A DNA stretch of 64,000 bases from assembly GCF_040938485.1 (NCBI RefSeq), contig NW_027271445.1, positions 3,844,001 to 3,908,000 of the forward strand, written 5' to 3'. The position numbers and the translations under genes were made by a program. Origin of the DNA: Diadema antillarum (Eukaryota). Each line of letters begins with the position of its first letter. Position 1 is the first letter of the stretch. The notes below the pieces were generated by a model. It saw only the letters and a program-made list of their open reading frames with translations. It did no database searches and was not told where the DNA came from. Shown in pieces: positions 1-12,988 of this stretch.

Positions 1-939
1 CAGTGTCCCACAGTCATAAGTCTTCTTCCACTATGTAGGGCAATTTGACTCCAAATTCTGAAGATCATTGTAAATGTCAGCCGGTTTGTTCTCTTGTTTG
101 ACCATTGTAAATTCACAATGAGAAGGGAATCAAAATGTTAAACAACCAACCAACCTACAAAAAAAAACAGCATGAAGAAGGTTAGCATTAGAACATGCCT
201 ACATCTGTAAACTTATGAGAAGTATCTTATTTTTTTGTCTCATAAATGTTTAATTATCATTGAAACTGCTTGATGTGCATTTTATACTACCGTTATGCTG
301 TTGCTATATTTACACTACTTTTGTCGATGACTATTATGAGAACTATTAAAGCAATGGTAGATAAAGGAATACAAAACCCCATGACAGCCAGTAATATTTT
401 CTTTACACAAGTGACATGACAACGGCCAGCGCTATGGGTCTTGTTGGCACCTTTCCATGTTGAACCAACTAAGGTCGAAGCACAGGATATGGGCCAATTA
501 GGCTTCTTCCGTTTTTGGTAGAACCAACGGTGAGAGTTCAGTTCCGCTGTGTGCCACACACAACAACAGTTACTGTAGAACACATCGCTGATAGTCTTGC
601 ACGTTACAAGTACCTGTCAAGTTACAACATTATTTGCATGGGAACAATTCTTTCGACAATGTCTGCCAACGTTAATGGATTTACGGAGCTATACTTAACC
701 TGTACGTCGAGATGAAAACGGATGACCACGCCTTTGCAAAGTACCAGCCACAGTTTTGAAACTAATGCAGTTTAATTCCGCGCGCAAGGTAGAAATGGAA
801 ATATTGGCAAGTATTACATCAGTGATCATTACAAACATTGGCATCTGGAGACCTTCTAGCGAGTTATAAAAATCATCTAATCTAATGATACAACTGTTTT
901 CGTAAACACGAAACTACTTGGGACACCGTCAACAGCATC

Positions 940-2095
940 ATGAAGAAACCTCGCGCCAAGAAGAGCCTGCCTCTTCTCGACTCCAGTATGTCTGAGAAAA
1001 AAGGGAGCACATCACGAGGCGCTCAGTCGGCTGGGGCATCCTTGGATGGCAGCAAGAATTCCTTCAAGGAAGAATCAAAGCTTTTGGAGGCATCGAAGCC
1101 TGAACGTGATATCAAGAGACAAATGCGGACATTGACATCGAAACGTCTTGAAGCGACGGAGCCCGGATCTGGAAGACAGATGAAATCCTCAATACTAGAT
1201 TCTAAGGGCAGGGAAAAGGCGACCGCTTCTGAAATGTCATCTGTACTTGCGGAGAGTGCGTCTAGCCCAAAGACACAAAGATCGCTGATGAATTTAGGTG
1301 CCAAGGTAAAGATTCGTGCAGCGACTGTAAAAGACCAGTCTGGTGCATCAAAGAATGATGACGGAGAACATAAAATGAAATCTATATCACGTGATGAGCC
1401 TGACGTGGGTCCCAGTCGGCGACCACGAAAGTTTGACGCAAAGTCAATGACGAAAGGAATATTGGCGAAGGGTTTAGACATTGCATCAAACACAATTATG
1501 CGAGGTGATCGTAGTCCATCCCGATCAACACCAACTCGAACTGACACTTCTGAAAATGCAGAAAATCCAAAAAAGACTGCAGGAGTCAACGCGGCAACCG
1601 CTAGTCCTCTTCTCAATTCCAAGAAGTCGGTTACTCGCGGTAAATCGCTCCTTATCCCAAGTAGGGAAGACAAGTTTGGTAAAATCATAGAACCTGCAGA
1701 TGATGTCGACTCCATCAGTGGAATAGTTTATTCAGAAACGGAGAAGCATAAAAGACCGTCAAAAAAGTCAAAGAAGAAAGAACGAAGTGAATATCTGAAG
1801 CCAAAGGAGGTTCGGAGAAGTCCGAGAATCAAGTCGGCAAACAAAGTGGCAGAAAGATTTGAAGCTGAAGATTCAACCTCAGAATCAGATCAGGAATCCT
1901 GGTACCCAATTAGATCCCAAATGCTTCGTGATATGTACTCTGACAGTGAAAAACGAATGGCGAACTTTGCTGACCCTCTTTATGAATTGAAGAACGTTGA
2001 AGAATTCAGCATTGCAGATTTCGACCTCTTAACCTCATACCCAGATGTTCCAAACTATGCCAGGGAGTTTTCTTCTTCCAGCTACGAGTTATTGG
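940..2095 (+). CDS. Candidate variable first coding exon A (385 codons + 1 nt; Ser/Lys/Glu-rich, disordered)
   Basis: ORF 940-2115. Donor TTG G|GTAGGT at 2096 is phase 1, and a stop follows a few codons into the putative intron. The relic paralogue at 11919 has G|GTAAGT at the same position. Confidence 0.6.
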
Positions 2096-3949
2096 GTAGG
2101 TTTTCTGTATTCTGAATAATACCAACGTTCGCATGATGCAAATAATTCACACGTTTACTCAATGTTGAAATACTCCAATGCCACCTCATGGTTTGTGATG
2201 CTATATTTACTTTGACAGTATTCTCATTTGAGCTATTTTGGTCACCTCAAGTTCAGACGGACACTCAGGTTTCATGGACATTCTATGATCATCTGGAATA
2301 CAGAAGCTCGGGCTATAACTCTAACCACAAGTGTTATGATGATGATAATAATAATAAAGGTTAGAATAGCAACGTTGATAAGATCGATCTGATTAAAAAA
2401 AATGATTTCTTTTTCAGTTACAAAACCATCGTTGACGTTCTGATTGCTGACAAGCATTGGTTCTCTTGTGTTATTGAGGATATTGTTGACTGTTCAGATT
2501 TCATTTCATCAGTTTTTCAACAATGAACAGTATTCATTTCACATTATCTTTGCCCTCTAAATTAATACCTTAAAATTTATGTTATGATCAATACACACCG
2601 CAGGCAGGAATTTACTTTACGCTTTCCCATGGGGCTGAGCGAAAAGATTTCATCTTTATGAAGTTTGATTTGGAATTAAATGATACAAGAGAGGTATCAT
2701 TATTAGCCAGGAAGAGAAACACACGTATTGACATGAGCACATCTGTATAGCCACACTCGAGCCCGTACAAAGACACACACCCTTCCATGAAAGCCTAGGG
2801 AGGTGGGTTGAGTGATTTTTCGAGAACAGTGCCCTCTGTTGGTTCAGAGATTGAAGGGTTATTGTTCTCAACACATCTACATGATAATGAAAATAGTGAA
2901 AGCTTCGACGCGAACCGCGGTAAAAAATAAAACAATGATGATTATCACAAGAGACTAATTAACATGAATACCGAAACTAATGTGACGTGTCTTATATTCA
3001 AAGGCTTTAAGATACAACTATTCCTATCGTTACTTCTTTCTCTTTGCGTTGGATGGAAGGACCCCCACTTATTGATAAGCAATACAGTATTACAATCTGG
3101 AATACTGTATAGCTACATCGCACACCGTCAGAATCCATTGGAGGATTAAACTCTGATTTCATATCTGTTTGAACACTCGTTTGGTTGTTAGGTATGTACA
3201 AGTATATTCAATCACACCGTTTAAAAACTACTTTTGAAATAACATATTCCCCACCATAACCTGTTATAAATGTGTGAAAAAGGATCAATACTATCGCTTT
3301 GTCCCAATCTTTTAATACTATAGAGAATACAGATTTTCTTTCTTTTTTTCATTTCATCATGTGATCGGGGAAAGTTTGTAAGTTATGTCCGTAGCTCTCT
3401 TCCGTCTGTGAATTTCCGCTGCTGAATTTCCGGTTGAACCCTGGCAATGGTTATTGGAGCAAGGAGGTAGTACGTACTAGGCTTGCCTGGTATCTCTGTG
3501 GTTGGAGTCAGCTACAGTTGACTGCAAAACCTTTTATGTGGTGCATTGTTCAACAGGAAAGACACTTGTGTACGCTGCTGTAAGCGAAACGGAGAACTAC
3601 TAAGCGATTATACAAGCTTCCTTTTGGATTGTTGGAGTTGCATATTCAAAGTTGAAAGAAGATTTTTATGATGAACTGATGGCTGCTCATATAACTCTCT
3701 CAGCGTCACTGCATGTTCTGCTTTACGCCACATCAAACTAAGGCAGAATGGAGAAATATACTGTTCTAATTGCGTAGACCTACGTACATTTATCGTGTTC
3801 ATACTCTGGTGTGATGTACAACTATACGTGCAATTACTTTGTGTCTTCATTGGGGATGGTGTGGTCGATTTCTAGCTGTCCTCTATTATATCACCTTGAA
3901 TCACATCGTTCTCTCTCTTCATGGACAATAAAGCCAAAAAGGAGTCAGG

Positions 3950-4184
3950 ATGTCACTAAGCGCTGAAGTTCTGAACAACCCGATGGTCCGACAGCGGTTT
4001 GGCAGATCCGAGAATCCTGTCTCCCTCAAAGAAGACGGATCTATCCAAATTCGGGAAAACCTGGGAAGGCGTCCTGCGGGGCGTCCTGCGGGGCGTCGTC
4101 CTCACCAAGGCGCCTGGATGATGGTTAAAAACTCCATCCCAACGCTCCGTAGGCTGAGAAATCTCAATCCATTTACCAGTGAGG
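3950..4184 (+). CDS. Candidate variable first coding exon B (78 codons + 1 nt)
   Basis: ORF 3950-4198. Consensus donor GAG G|GTAAGT at 4185, phase 1. Start context CAGGATGTC is identical to exon D, and the upstream block is homologous to the one before exon D. Confidence 0.5.
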
Positions 4185-4458
4185 GTAAGTCATGTTAATG
4201 GGTCAGCACATGGAAGCACGATTTTCTCTATATGGAAGAAAATGACATCAAGATTTTTTTTTCTTCTATGTAGGGCACTATATGCCTAATTCATTCCTTT
4301 TGACAACGAATGTTATTCACTTGTTGCGAACTTGGAGGGAACTGCATTTTCCATTCGTTTTCCTGGATGTATTTTGGTATGTAGATCATGCAAGACGCTT
4401 GTCACGATTGAGTGACTGTCCCAAGTGAAAGTGGCACTGAATTTGAGCTGCCGCTGGA

Positions 4459-5621
4459 TTTTTAGCTCAGCTGAGCGCTGAGCCAAAGCTCAAGTGAGCT
4501 ATTGTGATCACTCCGGCGTCCGTCGTGCGTCGTGCGAAAACTTTTTTTTTTTTTGCATTTTCTTCTTGAAAACCCCATCTAGTTTTCACCAAACTAGGCA
4601 GGTAGCATCCCTAGGAGGATAGGATCTCATTTTGTTCGAATGAGCATCCTTCCCCACCAAGGGGCCCCCAGGGGGCCTCCAACCCTACCCCTCCCCAAAT
4701 TAAGGAACCTTTAAAAATCTTCTTCTCTAGAACCAGAAGTGATAGAGCTAAGTTAGTACTATGAAGTAGTACGTTGATGACTGTAGTTACATGTTTGTTC
4801 TTGTCGTAATCAGAGGTGCCCCTTGGCACCCAGGGGAGGAGGTGTGAAGGGTCAAAATGGGGACCTGAATTGTGCATTTTCATCTTCCTTTTGAAAACAC
4901 CTTGATGGATTTTCACTCAACTTGGCACAGGTAGCATGCCCAGGGGGTTTAGATCTCGATTTATCCAACTAAGCACCTTGCTCCCTTTGGGGCCTAAACC
5001 CCCAAATTAAGGACTCAATAGAAATCTGCTTGTCTAGAACAAGATGTTATAAAGCGATATTAATACTGTAAGTTAGTACATTGAGAACAATAATTTCAGG
5101 CTTGTGCTCCCCTTATGCCCATAGAGTGGGGATGGGGGGTGGGTGGTGAGGGATCCAAATGAGGGCCTAACTTGTACATTTTCATCATCTTCTTGAAAAC
5201 ACCATGATGGATTTTCACCAGACTTGGCAGATAGCATTCGTAGAGGAGAAACGGATCTCAATTTGTTCCAATGGGCACCATGCACCCCTCGGGGGACCCA
5301 GGGAGCCAAAACCTCCCAAATTAAAGATTATTCAAAAATGTTTTTCTCTAGAATCAAAAGTGATAGGGCTTTAACTCTATTTTTTCAAACTGCACTGTCA
5401 AACCTTGTAGGTACAGTGTACTTGGCAAGCATTTTTGCCGGTGTCAAGGAATATGCAAATGGACACCATACCATCAGCTCTCAAAGCTGCCCCCCCCCCC
5501 CCAAAAAAAAAAGAAAAAAAAAGAGAAAAGCTTGCAATGTTCTCAGGTAAGAGTCTGCCAGAGTGCGTGGAAAGTGAACTTGCAATACACAGGTGAGCGC
5601 GAGACTCCCGGGTCTTTAGTT
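4459..5621 (+). mobile_element. Non-autonomous Helentron/HINE-like element with three ~310-bp internal tandem units
   Basis: Starts TTTTTAGCTCAGCTGAGC...GCTCAAGTGAGCTATTGTGATCAC followed by a CGTC microsatellite. Ends CAGGTGAGCG...CCCGGGTCTTTAGTT. Units containing TTGAAAAC...TTTTCAC...GTAGCAT start at ~4560, ~4880 and ~5180. The family assignment is from recalled resemblance. Confidence 0.5.
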
Positions 5622-7559
5622 GTCTTTATGCATGTAGTTTCTCCGACTCGAGTTGTTTATTTTCTATGCCCCTGGATTTCCTGAGGATATCTGGTGAGAA
5701 TTTTGTCCCATTTCGCCAATGTCTCGTCTCGTTTATCAATCCCTCGAATTAAGAAAGGATTCACGCGACATTGACGTAACATGACATCCAGCTTATCTGG
5801 GTTTTTTTGCAATCCCATATGAAATACGTTTAATAAATAGGTTGGTAAGTCCTAAGCATAGTCATCCGCCTTGAAAATTCGTCTGTGAATTTATTGCATT
5901 AAAATGACGTTCCCACACGAAGATTTTGTCCTATCTTTTTTCATGCTTCCCACGGCGGGTGTATATTTCTGTGTTGTTGTTTTCTAGGTATGTTAGAGTG
6001 ACCTTAAAGAAATGAATGATATCATTTCTGCATCTGATAAAATTATGAAATTATTAGATGTAGAATACTAAAATGAAAGTGCAGGGATTATCCACAACTG
6101 TGAAGACTAATAAAGCAGGATTCAAAGATCGAGTAATAAGATGAACATCATATAACTGGCGAGATTGGCAAGCAAATCCGAATGTAATGAAAAGCTTGTA
6201 TTTTCGTCGCTTTCCTGGGGGGGGGGGGGGGGCATTTCATGAAGCGTTTTGGTCGGATATTTTTCTGACAAACTGTTACAAGCTACTGAAATCCTTGCAT
6301 CTGATTGGCTGAGAGCAAATTTATCCGACAACTTTGTCGGACAAAATGCTTCATGAAATGCCCCCTCCCCCCCCCCCTGGAATGAGATTGAAATCTGTCT
6401 TGACTCTTCCAACTTTCAAACAATCATCCACAATAAATGAAAAACGCCGCTTTTGATTACAGTATGTGTTCATGACTATTGAATAACACATACAAAAACG
6501 CCAGTTATTGTCTTAGTCTTATCATCTGACAGTTAGGAAGGGGTCTCCTTGTTTAAAATTCATAGAAGCCTGAAATTTCGAATAATACTAGACAAAGTAT
6601 GTGTCAGCTTCGAGATTTAGATTTAAAATAAAGTCATTAAAAAGGGAACGAAAAAAATTCCTATATTGTTGAGATTTGTCCATGGAACGACGACAACATT
6701 GGAAATTTCACCTTTGAGCAGCCGTTTTTCTTATGACAAGTTTGCATAGCTTATTGTATATTTTTCGTCACTTCTCTGTAAATATTCTCTCCACTTGAAT
6801 ACACAGTCGCTGGACAAAGGCTGTCGGAAAGTTAGCTCACTTTGTTTGCCAATCATGGACCAGTATTGGAGTCCGAACACGGAGGTGGTAACTACATTCT
6901 AGTCAGTGCTGAGTGTCATTGTGTTATCATTTTGTTCGAAAAGTAGGTGTTGGAATACTCTGGACTTTCAGACGTGGGCGACATTATCACCGTTATTCGC
7001 CTTACTACGCTGCTAGCAACTCTAAAGTCTAGTGGAGGTTGGCTATTACAGATTCTGCCCAAACTAAAACTTGTATTCATGCCGTAGCAGACAGGCAGTC
7101 AAGATTAGACTCATGGTAATTGCTGTTGAAACCTCCTGTCGCACTTTTCTACAAGTGTTCATTGCTTTTAGTTGAACATTATATATCGAAATATCGTGTG
7201 ATCCTCAACATTTGAACTACAGTCTGCGCTGCTACCAAAATATGTTCCAATTGGCAGACAGGAAGCGACTTACGATTCCCATCAGACTGCTTGCTATATG
7301 CCAAGTGTTCGTCGTATATTTCATTCTCGTTGCTGTCTTGTATGAACTCATCAAAACTGACGTAGAGTGTTAGTTGACCGTAAGCCCATTTTGTCCACGA
7401 GCTTTTGATACAAGAAAGAGTATTTTCGCACTTCAATCGTCTTGAATATCATCCCATTCCATTACGAGTTGGCAAACAGGTTCCGTAACAAGTAAAGTGA
7501 CAATGAGCGCAGCTCAAAAAAAAAATTATCACTTCAGCAAGTCCAGTGTGAAACAACGA

Positions 7560-7941
7560 ATGGCGGAAAATGAGTCTGTCAAAGAGTCGGAATACGTCGC
7601 CAAGAGCCACATTCCAAACAGCAGAACGTCTGTCACCAGTACCTATTTAAACTTCGTTCATACTGATACTTCTGATTCCGACTACAGTGATCAGTCCGCG
7701 GACACACGCCTGGCGGAGACTCCAGTCACTGAAGATAATCTAAGTAATCCTACTCCACTCGTGGAGCGGAGCAACGAAAATCATCGTCCACACACTTTTA
7801 AGGGTACAGAAACTGGGGAGAATTCCAGCCGGAATACCCACAAAGGCATAACCACTCCGAAGGCAGATTTGCAGCTATCTAAGTTTTCCCTTTTCTTCGA
7901 TGAATGGAAAGCCAAGAGATCGACGGAAGAACAAGATAAAG
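7560..7941 (+). CDS. Candidate variable first coding exon C (MAENESVK..., 127 codons + 1 nt; in-frame ATG also at 7503)
   Basis: Paralogue of 28692-29139: shared MAENESVK start and LQLSKFS-FDEW--R-TEEQ end. Donor AAA G|GTAGCT at 7942, phase 1. Confidence 0.6.
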
Positions 7942-8805
7942 GTAGCTTTACGACGTGCACAATTATAGAATTTAAATGTACAGTTACATCATTATGAATA
8001 AATGCTTAAGAAAAAGATAAAAGAGAAATGCAATGTATGGAACTAGTGAGTATTGAGCATTGATTTTAACTGGTCTACACTATTTTACCCATTAAAAGAA
8101 AACACTTTCGACGAAAATGTCTAGACAAAATGTTTTTCCAATCTGAACTAAAACCAAAACAATAACAAAAACCCACCATTAATCTGTTTTCGTTTCATTG
8201 TGCAGCATTCATCGCCATTATGTTTTTCAAAATTATTGTACAGCACAAGGACCCATGTAAAACCGGCTATCCAGTAAATTATTTCAGAACATTGACTTCT
8301 CACTATATACACAGTGTTTCATTTCTTACCAGCTTCGTGCTCTCATATAGCTGTTAATTAAATCAGGATGATGGACATACAGTGGAGCTTATCACACTGA
8401 GTAACCTTGCTTAAAAGAAACAAGATACGGACATTCATATATTATCTCACTATCATTATCTATTATGGGTTCTGAAGGTGGGATAAGTCCTTCGATGATA
8501 TATCGAGAAAAAAAGGTAATTAAGACGTGATATCCTGATTATCACATTCGAATTGGCTGTAATCACACAAATGCAAAAATAACAGAATCGTAGAGGACTC
8601 ATTAAAATCTGGCCTTTTGTACAAAAGTTACGAAATTCACAAAGGTTTCATAAGATACTGCTTGTTGCTGAAAGTATGGGTCACCAAGTGTCGCACGGTC
8701 GATTTCCTCACGATAAGGCAATATTGTCAACAAAATAACCATTTCATTTCGTTAACGAAATTGTCATTTCGTCACGCAACGACTGCTTCCGTGACGAAAT
8801 TGTTA

Positions 8806-10930
8806 CTCTCTCTCTCTCTCTGTTCTGCCATGGACGTCACTGCCCGTTGGCGATCACTGATGCAGTATGTTTCCGCCATCTCCCTCTATCGTCGCACGAA
8901 TGCAGCAATGTAGATCCTCTCTCGCCGACTAATCCAGCCATTGCAGAAAGGAAAGTGTGTCGCTGTCGTCCACGTGATCTCTTCCCATTCACAAATCCAG
9001 ACAGGACTAGATGCTCTGTTCAGTTTGCCTCTTCCTCACGACATGGCCCAAAAACTGCATCTGGCGTTTCCTGATGGTGGAGAGCAGCTCACGTTCAGCC
9101 GACACCATTTCTAGTACTTCTGTGTTTGATTTTCTTTCCGTCCATGATATTTTCAACATTCGCCTGTAGCACCACATCTCGAAACTTTCTATTCTGTGTC
9201 TCATTGGCTTATTAACTGTCCATGTCTCGGCGCCGTATGTCATAGTTGACCATATGTATGTTTTCAAGAACCGTTTCCTTGTGGCGATGGACAATTTGCG
9301 GTTCGTCATCACCTTGCGCATGTTCTGAAACGCTGTCTTTCCAATGCCAATTCTACGCTTGATTTCTCGTTCTGAACGGCAGTCTGAAGTCAGCAGGCTA
9401 CCGAGGTAATTGAAAGATGACACCTGCTTCAGCTCTTGTCCATTTATCATTATCGAACATCGAGGTGGCTGCGCAGTTTTGCTGAAGACCATGGTTACTG
9501 ATTTCGCGATGTTAATCGATAGCCCCTTTTCCTCGCTTGCTCTGGAGACAACATCCATCAATCCCTGCAACTTCTCTGCACTGTCAGCTAGAATAACCGT
9601 GTCATCAGCGTACCTCATGTTTGTGAGTTGACTGCCTCCGATTGCAAAGCCAGGTAATTCGTCCAATTGTCGCATAATTGACTCTGTGTATAAGTTGAAC
9701 ATGTATGGCGAACCAACACATCCTTGTCGCACACCTCGCTCAATATCCTGCCAATCACCAACATCTCCATCATGCTGTACCGCAGCTGATTGCCTCCAGT
9801 ACAGGTCTGCCAACAACCTTTTATCTTCGTCATCAATGTCTAGCTTGTCGAGTGTCTTGAACAATTCTTCATGTTTAACCTTATCAAACGCCTTCGTGTA
9901 GTCGATAAAACATACATACAGATGTTGCTGCTTCTCTATAGCTCTTTCTGCCAAGCGGCGAATGACGAAGATCGCATTCCGTGTTCCTCTGTCTGGAACA
10001 AATCCATACTGCTGCTGTGAAATCTCATTGCATGTTCGACCTCTTATCCGGTTTATTAGCAAACGAACAAGAATCTTGGTTAGATGGCTCATCAAACTGA
10101 TGGTTCGGTGTTCCTCACATTTGGTAGTTCCTGCTTTCTTCGGTAGAGCAATGAAGATTGATCTACACCAGTCGTCTGGTATATGTCCTTCCCGATATAC
10201 TGCGTTCATCATCTCTGTGACCGTGTCAAGGATTTCGTCTTCTGATGCTTGTAGCATCTCTACCAGTATACCATCCGGTCCTGCAGCCTTTCCGGAAGCG
10301 CTCTTCCATATCGCATTTCTGACCTCATCTTTGGTGAATTCCAGCATCCGACGTTCTCCTGCATTGTCATCCCCATATGTAGGCTGCGGACCTCTATTGT
10401 CAGCGAATAATTGGCCTATGTACTCTCTCCATCTGTCTGATATTGCCGTTTTTTCCATCAAAATTTCACCGCTGTTATCTCGCAGGCAACCGCCGGCAGC
10501 TGACTTTTTCCGCTTTCCAGTCATTTTCTGGATGGAGCTGTGCATGTCGTTATACTTCTTCTCTTCTTCCACTTTCTGGATGTGATCACATTGTGCGTTC
10601 AAAAATTCCTCCTTTGCCCTTCGGCACTCGTATCGCACTTCCCGGTCCAGCTGTTTGTACAACACAGCATCATGGTTTTTTGCTTTTCTTCTCTGATCCA
10701 TTAGTTGAAGGATATCGACAGTCATCCATTTCTGCTTTGCCTGTCTCGGCTGCTCAGGTATTACCTCTTCCGCTGCTTGTACCAAAGCTTCTGTCAGCCT
10801 CATGTTTAATATCTCAGCCTCATCTGATGTCGACTCCCTGTTCAGCAGTTCTCCCACACGCTTTCTATATTGATCAGCTACCGCCGGGTCCGTTCTTAAT
10901 AGATCAAATCGACGTCTTGGCTTTCGTTGC
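8806..10930 (-). mobile_element. 5'-truncated RTE-clade non-LTR retrotransposon (reverse transcriptase)
   Basis: 616-aa ORF 9007-10857 with QYGF...GTRNAIF, FIDYTKAFDKV, GVRQGC, RYADD. A frameshift near 9020 leads into a C-terminal SGFVNGKRSRGRQR...W segment with a stop near 8837. The 3' tail is (GA)n at 8806-8820. No endonuclease domain is present. Confidence 0.92.
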
Positions 10931-11663
10931 TACGTTGACAAAATTGTCATTTTATGACGAAATCGACAGGGGGACACTTTGTGCCCCATGAGCAAGCACA
11001 TAAGTATACACAAATTACGTCTTGAGTTGAATGTACCACAGCCTCGTGTGCCTCATGGTAACACACACGCAACACCAGTTGCGAAACCACACAGAGGCCA
11101 CGAGGCCAACGACTGTGATGTCCCACAAAGTGGTCGCGATGCCTTCCGAAACTTGATGGGTATGAGGCCTTTACTGGAAGTGGCCGATTTCTAAAATAAG
11201 AGTAACTAATAAGCCTTTTCATAGAGCTGCATAATGCATTCGTCCAACTTGAAGGTTGACTTCAGTCCAGCTGTGAGCTAGATTTAGCTATAACTGGCTT
11301 GAATATAGTGTAGGCCTAATCCTCTCTTGGTTGAAACAGGATAGAGGAATCATGAAGTGTTGGTGTGAGTGGAGAATATAGATGGTACTGAAAATCATAG
11401 GCACAGGAAAGTTGAAAGGAATTGGGATGTATGGGCGGCTAAGTGTTAGAGGAAATGGAAAGGGGCGTGTATGAAAAATAAACTACGAAAAGCTACAAGG
11501 GACATTAAATTTATACATATTTATCAATAATCCTCTTATAATAGCATATGAATTTATAGTTGCCTATTAAAAAAATAACAATGTAATTCATGTACAGTGT
11601 CACATCTATAAAACAACAGTGGAAACTGTCGTTGACAGGCAAAGAAACACAAATCAATTTTCG

Positions 11664-11919
11664 GATAAAGTCGGCAGAGAGATTCGAAATTGAAGGGTCA
11701 ACCTCAGAATCAGACCAGGAATCCTGGTACTCAGTTACATCCCATATACTTCGTGATATGTACTCTGACAAAAGTGGATGACGAACTTAGCCGACACTCT
11801 TTATGGACTGAAGAAGTTCAAGGTATTCAGCATTGCAGATTTCGACCTCTTATCCTCATACCCAGCGGATGTTCCAAACTATGCCAGGGAGTTATCTTCT
11901 TCCAGCTACGAGTTATTGG
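11664..11919 (+). pseudogene. Relic of exon A (A'): 5'-truncated, frameshifted copy of the 3' end of exon A
   Basis: RIKSAERFEIEGSTSESDQESWY...DVPNYARELSSSSYELLG matches the end of exon A. It has a 4-nt deletion at ~11770 causing a frameshift and stop, and keeps the G|GTAAGT donor at 11920. Confidence 0.75.
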
Positions 11920-12187
11920 GTAAGTTTTCTGTATTCTTGCCAATAATGATAAGGGCCTACCATTCTCATAAAATCAAACAATCATTTCAGACAGTTGCTT
12001 GATGCGATGCGATGCTATATTAGTGTCGACTATTTTTCATTCGCTTGTAGTTATTTCAGTCCCTCCCTTCAAGCAGGACGCTGTCTTCATGTCATGGTAT
12101 TCCAGAGACATGCAAGTACACTTTGCTCGAATTATAACCCCCACAACAATAACAGAGTTACGATAATGATGAAAAAGGTTGGTTAGT

Positions 12188-12356
12188 CAGGGACGGATCC
12201 AGGAATTCCATAAAGAGAGGGCGCCTGTATAAAATCAAATGGGGAGCGTACGCCCCCCATTTTTTCTTTTTCTTCTGTTCTGGCAAAGAAGCAAAAAAAA
12301 AAAAAAAAAAAAAAGGGGGGGGGGCGCCCGGTGGGCTCCCCAATGGATCTGCCACT
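12188..12356. repeat. Short interspersed MITE-like repeat (CAGGGxCGGATCCAGG...GGATCxGCCACTG family); related copy in opposite orientation at ~43908-44058
   Basis: Imperfect terminal inverted repeats around a poly-A/poly-G core. A second copy occurs in ROCO intron 14. Confidence 0.55.
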
Positions 12357-12598
12357 GGTAGTAACAATAGTCCGATGGCTTTATGTCAAACCGAGCGTGG
12401 AAGTTCTTTTGCTGGCTACGCGTTTTTTCCCCCTTCATATTACCATAGATTCTGTTGATTGTTTACATTTCACAGGATATCAGCTTTTTAACATGAGATT
12501 TGGCTTGTTAAGATTGCATTTCGAACGTACTGCACACACTGTTCCGTAGTCCACACACAAACACGTACACCAACTCTGTTGGTTCAGAGCTATTACGG

Positions 12599-12988
12599 TT
12601 AAAAGGGATAGTACAGTATTGGTTGAGATGAGAATTGGGGCTTTTAAATTTTTGCAAGATACCAGAAAACACTTATGATATAGCACAGAGCATACCATTT
12701 TAAGAGCATTTCAAAGTTTATTTGATGAAAATCGGGTTTGTAATAACTGAAACATCCAAAGACAAAGTAAAACAAAGCGATCGTTACAAAGTGTGGGTCC
12801 CACACTTTATTAGAATCGCTCTTTTATGGATATCTCAGCCATTTCAAAACCAATTTTTATCAAATAAACATTGAATTTCTCATAGAATTGCATGCTCTTT
12901 CATATTTCGAATGAGATTTCTTATTATCTCACCAAAAATGTTAGAAACCTGAAATTAGGTCTCAACCAGTACTGTACACTCCCTTTAA
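12599..12988. mobile_element. TTAA-flanked MITE with a central palindrome
   Basis: TTAAAAGGGATAGTACAGTATTGGTTGAGA ... TCTCAACCAGTACTGTACACTCCCTTTAA. Central AAAGTGTGGGTCCCACACTTT at 12788-12808. The right half is repeated at 14819-15014. Confidence 0.7.

Noticed and set aside
1023-1715. 230-aa minus-strand ORF
   Set aside because: Antisense shadow of exon A with no recognisable motifs.
9410-10991. Several plus-strand ORFs (up to 207 aa)
   Set aside because: Antisense shadows of the RTE reverse transcriptase.
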